The notes beneath the pieces are model-generated. The model had not been told where the DNA came from and made no database searches. It saw nothing but the letters and a program-made list of their open reading frames with translations. The translations under genes and the position numbers were made by a program. From Patescibacteria group bacterium (lineage in GTDB: Bacteria > Patescibacteriota > Microgenomatia > UBA8517), in contig JAHJHG010000005.1 in NCBI GenBank assembly GCA_018823885.1, positions 1 to 56,858 on the forward strand: DNA of 56,858 bases, in the 5' to 3' direction. Positions 52,307 through 56,858 of this stretch are shown here, piece after piece. How positions within the stretch are numbered: position 1 is the first letter of the stretch; the number at the start of each line of letters is the position of its first letter.

Positions 52307-53452
52307 CTACCTGCCCACTTTAGAAGTATTTACTTTCTCTAATATCTTAACTGTCTTTCGAGCTGTATCCTCCCAAGAGAACTTTTCTGCCTGCCTCATA
52401 CCTTTTCCAACAAGGAGCTTATAGCTTGTTTCGTTCATTGAAAGAACCTTAGTAACTCCCCTGGCTATATCTGGAATATTATAAGGATCAACAAATATCC
52501 CAGCTTTATCTGTAACTTCACGCAAGGCTGCTATATCGGAAACAACGACAGGCGTACCACACGCCATTGAAGTCAAAGCATCCATCCCAAAACCTTCCCA
52601 AAACGAAGGAAGTGTAAAAACTTTTGCACCAGAGATTAGAGCTGGCTTATCCTCTTCAGAAATAAAGTCTGTAAAAATAATTTTGCTTTCTAGCTTCAAA
52701 TTCTTAACCTTTTTGAAAATTGATTCATATAACCAACCCTTTTTACCAGCTATAACCAGTTGATATTTCGGAAAATCTTTAAGAACAAGTTTCCACGCCT
52801 CCAAAAGACCTTCTATGTTCTTGCTAGGCTTGAGAGTGCTGATAAAAAGTACATAGTCACCAACTATAGCGTACTTATTTTTGACACGTCGCACATCATT
52901 GTCGCTTATATTTATGTTAAAGCGACTCTTATCATATCCATGCTGCGTAACCTTTATCTTGTCTGAGACGGAAGGGTAGTGTCGTACAATGTCACCCTTT
53001 GTACTATTTGATACTGCAATGATAGCTTTTGATATATAAAGTGAGATGGCAGTCCAATATTTCAACTGCCAAAAGTCATATTTCTTAAATTGTCCCGAAA
53101 ATTCGAGATATCCGAGGTCATGAATAGTACATACTCTTGGAATGACAGAAATCGGTGGAACATAATGATTTGGAGTGAAAAAAACATCAGGTTTTTCTTT
53201 ATCAAAAAGCAGCCTAGGCATCAACTTTGTGAGAACCCAGAGTTTCTGTCCCGGGATAATTTTATATTTCCATCCAGAATTTTCTTTAGGAAGGTCTTTT
53301 TGGGGACTAGAACTCAAGTAAACTATGACCTTATGTCTATTTTTCCATTCCTCCTGTAGTTTATAGATATTTTTCAATAATTCGAAGGCATATTGGTTCA
53401 CACCAACCCTTTTTTCAATATTTGCTTCGTTTCCGTCTATTCCAATTAACAT
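52307..53452 (-). CDS. Glycosyltransferase family 4
   Basis: IGIDG, TIHDL, KPSKN, EGFGMDALTSMACGTP (second Glu of E-x7-E replaced). Confidence 0.92.
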   Translation of the reverse strand: MLIGIDGNEANIEKRVGVNQYAFELLKNIYKLQEEWKNRHKVIVYLSSSPQKDLPKENSGWKYKIIPGQKLWVLTKLMPRLLFDKEKPDVFFTPNHYVPPISVIPRVCTIHDLGYLEFSGQFKKYDFWQLKYWTAISLYISKAIIAVSNSTKGDIVRHYPSVSDKIKVTQHGYDKSRFNINISDNDVRRVKNKYAIVGDYVLFISTLKPSKNIEGLLEAWKLVLKDFPKYQLVIAGKKGWLYESIFKKVKNLKLESKIIFTDFISEEDKPALISGAKVFTLPSFWEGFGMDALTSMACGTPVVVSDIAALREVTDKAGIFVDPYNIPDIARGVTKVLSMNETSYKLLVGKGMRQAEKFSWEDTARKTVKILEKVNTSKVGR

Positions 53453-53458
53453 AAAAGT

Positions 53459-54538
53459 CTATTTTTTAGCCTCGTTATATACTTCCAGAGTCATTTCTGC
53501 TGTTTTTTCCCAAGAAAAGTCTTTTGAGCGCTCTAACCCTTTACTAATTAACCCCTTCTTGCGATTTAGGGCGTTTTTTATCCCTTCTGTAATAGAATTT
53601 ACATCAAACGGATCAACAATTTCCGCTGCATCACCGGCAACTTCGGGAAGACTTGAAGTATTGGATGTAACGACGGGGGTTTTGCAAGAAAAAGCTTCTA
53701 ATACGGGTAGTCCAAAACCTTCATATATTGTGGGGTAAACCAAAGCTTCGGCCCCTGAATAATACGTAGGCATTTTACTTATATCTACCTGTCCGGTAAA
53801 AATTACTCCACTCTTCTGCTCAATTCTTTTGTACGGGTGGCCAAGAATAATTAATTTTAAATTTCGTCCTGCCCTTACTTTCTCATATGCTTCAATGATT
53901 CTTTCTGTATTTTTTCTTGGACCAACCCCAACCGCAAGAATATATCCTTCCTTAATCCTATGGCTTCTTTTTAATTTTTCTATCTCTTTTTTCTCGGCAG
54001 GCTTATAGATAGGATCAGCAGCTTCTGGTATTACTCTAATTCTATCTTCAGACACACCATTCACCATCAAATCCTCTTTGCTGGCATCAGAGGGAACAAT
54101 AACAACGTCTATCTCTCTTTTAATGTGTTTCAGCCTTGCTTTGTGGGCCGACACTATCCTCGGGTGAGAATATTGAGGAAAACGCAAGGGCACTAAATCA
54201 TGAATAGTTGTCACTTTAAAAGCGTTGCTGGGTGGTTGTGTCCAGTCAGAAGAATGGAAAACATCCAGGTCACCAACTAGTTTTTCTATTCTCAATACAT
54301 GAAGCCTATTCCAAAGAATATCTGCCATGGTCGGGGGAAAAGGATACACTTTACCGCTGACATTGCCCTTAAGGCCTGTAAGAAAAGCTTCCAATTCGTT
54401 CCTTCTTCTTAAAGAACCCCCAAAGACTACATAGTCGCTGTCTTTATCCAAAGACAAAAGTGCTTTAATAAGATTTCTGGTATAAGTTGAAACACCAGTA
54501 CCGTAAACAATTTGTGATATATCAATTCCGATTTTCAT
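53459..54538 (-). CDS. Glycosyltransferase family 4 (start likely ATG 54538)
   Basis: MKIGIDIS, TGVSTY, TIHDL, PRKN, EGFGLPVLEAF. Confidence 0.93.
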   Translation of the reverse strand: MKIGIDISQIVYGTGVSTYTRNLIKALLSLDKDSDYVVFGGSLRRRNELEAFLTGLKGNVSGKVYPFPPTMADILWNRLHVLRIEKLVGDLDVFHSSDWTQPPSNAFKVTTIHDLVPLRFPQYSHPRIVSAHKARLKHIKREIDVVIVPSDASKEDLMVNGVSEDRIRVIPEAADPIYKPAEKKEIEKLKRSHRIKEGYILAVGVGPRKNTERIIEAYEKVRAGRNLKLIILGHPYKRIEQKSGVIFTGQVDISKMPTYYSGAEALVYPTIYEGFGLPVLEAFSCKTPVVTSNTSSLPEVAGDAAEIVDPFDVNSITEGIKNALNRKKGLISKGLERSKDFSWEKTAEMTLEVYNEAKK

Positions 54539-54540
54539 AA

Positions 54541-56010
54541 CTACTTTGTCCAATATGTTACCTGGCCAACACCTATAAAATCAAAGATTTCATCTTTTCC
54601 AAAGCCCACATCCTGTATCGTCTGCACCACTATTCCTTTCGGGTCTGAAAGATCGTGCAAGTATTCAAAATAATACACTCCTTGTCGATTGTTGATAATC
54701 GACAAAGTTTTTTGTTTTGTTTCAGCTTCGTCTGCCAATATTGAGTTTGTTGCCCCAAAAGCATCAATTTCTCCCTTCTCATACCACATATAAGGAGCGA
54801 AAGGTTGGGGGTTCTCAAAAACAACCACATCTTTATCCTTCTGCGCTCTGCTTTCAATAAAACTTACTGCCTGGCGCCACTGTTCTCTTTGTTGGTAGGG
54901 CTCGCCAACATAAAATAGCCAACCAACAATATTCACCGCAAGAAGCAAGCCTCCAATTAGAACTCGCTTTTCTCTGTCTTTAATTTGATTAACACCCCAG
55001 GCAACAAGTAAATAAAATGCAGGAACTACATATAAAAATCTGAAGTAAATAAATGCGGGAAAAACTAAAGAGGCAATAAAGGTCAGGGATAAGGGTACCA
55101 AAAGCCAACTCCATATAATACATATCTTTTTTCTCTCTTTAAGCGCCTTACTAAGCGAATAAATAAAAGGCAAGGAAGAAATTCCTATTAAGCTGTAATA
55201 TAAAACCTTATTCTTAAAGGAAATTCTTCCTAAAATAAATTTTGCCCAAACCAATAAGGCTTGTTTGGGGGTTGCTCCTCCAGCTAGCCTGCTCCACGCA
55301 GGAAGTTTTTGCATAAGCCAGGCTCCTCTTTCCAGCTGAACTAAGAAGATGGGAAGCCATAATGCCCCAGAAAAGACCAGGGGCAAATGAGAAAGAAGAA
55401 ATTTTATCCACCAATCCTTTTTTTGTTTTTTTATAAAAGCAAACAACCAAAAAAGAGGTAATAGAAACACAGGAACATAATCTATGAATACTAGTGCCGT
55501 TATCGATAATGAAAAGAGGATCCAGGGATATTTTTGTTTAACTTTGGTATCAAGTGTCAGCAAGAAATAATAAATAGCCATGGAAGCAAAAAGCCCTGCC
55601 ATAATATACATTCTTGCTTCCTGAGAATAGTAAATATGGAAAGGGGAGCTTGCTAATAAAAGCGCCGAAAATAAGGGATAAGATACCTTTTTCTTATTTG
55701 TAAATATTTTCGCGATTAAAAACGTAAAATATACTGTCAAAACTCCGAACAATACTGACAGGCCCCTTAGTGCCACCTCTGAATAACCAAATAGATTACC
55801 CCAGCCCTCAAGGGCCAAATAATATAGTGGTGGGTGATTATCTCCTTTCGGAAATTGAGTTGCTATTTGAACAATGTTTTGTTCTTTGACTACCAAGGCT
55901 CCTATTGCCTCATCTAACCAGAATGATTGATTGATGACAACAAGCCTTAGAATCAGTGCTAGGAATAATATTGATAATAAATATCTGTAGTTATGAAGGT
56001 ATTTAAACAT
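54541..56010 (-). CDS. GT-C fold glycosyltransferase (ArnT/PMT_2-like)
   Basis: QSFWLDEA, DNHPPLYY, LRGLSV.FG, YYSQEARMY; about 12 TMs. Confidence 0.88.
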   Translation of the reverse strand: MFKYLHNYRYLLSILFLALILRLVVINQSFWLDEAIGALVVKEQNIVQIATQFPKGDNHPPLYYLALEGWGNLFGYSEVALRGLSVLFGVLTVYFTFLIAKIFTNKKKVSYPLFSALLLASSPFHIYYSQEARMYIMAGLFASMAIYYFLLTLDTKVKQKYPWILFSLSITALVFIDYVPVFLLPLFWLFAFIKKQKKDWWIKFLLSHLPLVFSGALWLPIFLVQLERGAWLMQKLPAWSRLAGGATPKQALLVWAKFILGRISFKNKVLYYSLIGISSLPFIYSLSKALKERKKICIIWSWLLVPLSLTFIASLVFPAFIYFRFLYVVPAFYLLVAWGVNQIKDREKRVLIGGLLLAVNIVGWLFYVGEPYQQREQWRQAVSFIESRAQKDKDVVVFENPQPFAPYMWYEKGEIDAFGATNSILADEAETKQKTLSIINNRQGVYYFEYLHDLSDPKGIVVQTIQDVGFGKDEIFDFIGVGQVTYWTK

Positions 56011-56853
56011 CTATTTTGACTGTTTTTTCAAAAAAATATATTCCAGGATACCAAGAAAAATTCCAAAATCATATACCACCTTAAAAATTAAAAATGCAGG
56101 CTGAAGTTTAATTATTGATTTAAACAAACCAACAATTAAGGAAACGGGCAAAGACGCGCGGATGAGTGCAACCATGCACCCCAAAACACCTAATTTATAC
56201 GGCCTTTTGCCTACCCACTTGGCATGCTTAAAAATTTCAAACAAAGAGCTTGGATTTTTATGATAAAACCTGGCTCCTTTGGCAACCACGGCTTCATAGC
56301 CTAGTTTTTCGCTTAAGCTGTAATCATCCGTGTATCCACCAGGATCAAAACCGTCCACTTTATCAAATTCACTCTTTAAAATAGCCCTAAATACTTTTTG
56401 TTTGTCCGGATAATTCGCAGGGTGGCGACGCTTATCAGCCCAACCTTCATTAATATTCCAGCATTTGGCCCATATGTTACCCCAATTTGAAACATGTTCT
56501 TCTTTACTAAATGTTCCTTTTTCTTCTCCTGAATCAATTGGCTTTACTAATTTCTCTAGAAAATCTTTATCAAAAGTCATGTCTGCATCTACAAAAACAA
56601 GAATTTCGCTGGTTGCCCTTTCTGATCCTAAATTTCTTCCTGCTCCTGGACCCTTATGGTTTTGTTTAATAATTACTAATTTGTATTTATTTGGATTAAA
56701 TCCCTTAACTAACTTAGGCGTCTTATCTGTTGAACCATCGTCAACAATGATCACTTCGAAATTGGAGTGTGTTTGTTTGTCTAGAGAGGATAGGCAATCA
56801 ATAATTACATCTTCTTCGTTGTATGCAGGAATAACTACAGATATTTTTTTCAT
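56011..56853 (-). CDS. Glycosyltransferase family 2
   Basis: VVIPAYNEE, VDDGSTD, GPGAGRN, FVDAD. Confidence 0.93.
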   Translation of the reverse strand: MKKISVVIPAYNEEDVIIDCLSSLDKQTHSNFEVIIVDDGSTDKTPKLVKGFNPNKYKLVIIKQNHKGPGAGRNLGSERATSEILVFVDADMTFDKDFLEKLVKPIDSGEEKGTFSKEEHVSNWGNIWAKCWNINEGWADKRRHPANYPDKQKVFRAILKSEFDKVDGFDPGGYTDDYSLSEKLGYEAVVAKGARFYHKNPSSLFEIFKHAKWVGKRPYKLGVLGCMVALIRASLPVSLIVGLFKSIIKLQPAFLIFKVVYDFGIFLGILEYIFLKKQSK

Positions 56854-56858
56854 TTTGT

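Noticed and set aside
27569-54553. Long N-terminal extensions given by the ORF track for mraY, murF, DUF4012, manC and the GT4 at 53459
   Set aside because: Downstream ATGs fit the conserved domain starts and stop-start overlaps better; treated as ORF-caller over-extension
1-56858. CRISPR array, rRNA, long tandem repeats
   Set aside because: No regularly spaced repeats or rRNA-like tracts seen; the A/B/C repeats are 2-3 kb apart and diverged

Overview
The window looks like a chromosome segment from a Patescibacteria/CPR bacterium, probably Microgenomates. That placement is inferred from gene content and style, not from a search. Genes read cleanly in standard code 11 and nearly all lie on the minus strand. 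There are five blocks. (1) 1-7.4 kb: tail of a surface-glycan locus (O-antigen-ligase-like gene, three GT2s, SAM methyltransferase, Wzx flippase, GT-C-like protein, Pro/Thr-tailed membrane protein). (2) 7.4-14.4 kb: accessory region next to tRNA-Val(CAC). It holds a 5.1 kb integrase-less islet bounded by a 10-bp direct repeat that matches the 3' end of a tRNA-His-like fragment. The islet carries a type IIG restriction-modification gene, an AlbA_2/Schlafen protein and a possible ADP-ribosyltransferase-like gene, each cassette bordered by a homologous antisense mini-ORF. A ferric-reductase-like gene, a two-state RNA structure and a Shine-Dalgarno-led two-gene operon follow. (3) 14.5-22 kb: housekeeping genes (GuaB/GuaC-like, lepB, parB, rpmA, rplU, rodA, ileS type 2 with a swapped GVHH motif). 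(4) 22-39 kb: division/cell-wall cluster from mraZ to ftsZ, with two coupled peptidase-like genes between murE and murF, then glyQS and recO. (5) 39-56.9 kb: a large glycosylation locus (DUF4012, priming transferase, ManC, five GT4, three GT2, two GT-C, a ligase/polymerase, an acetyltransferase). No CRISPR array, rRNA, transposase or intact integrase was seen. All family calls come from motif recognition by eye; no database searches were run.
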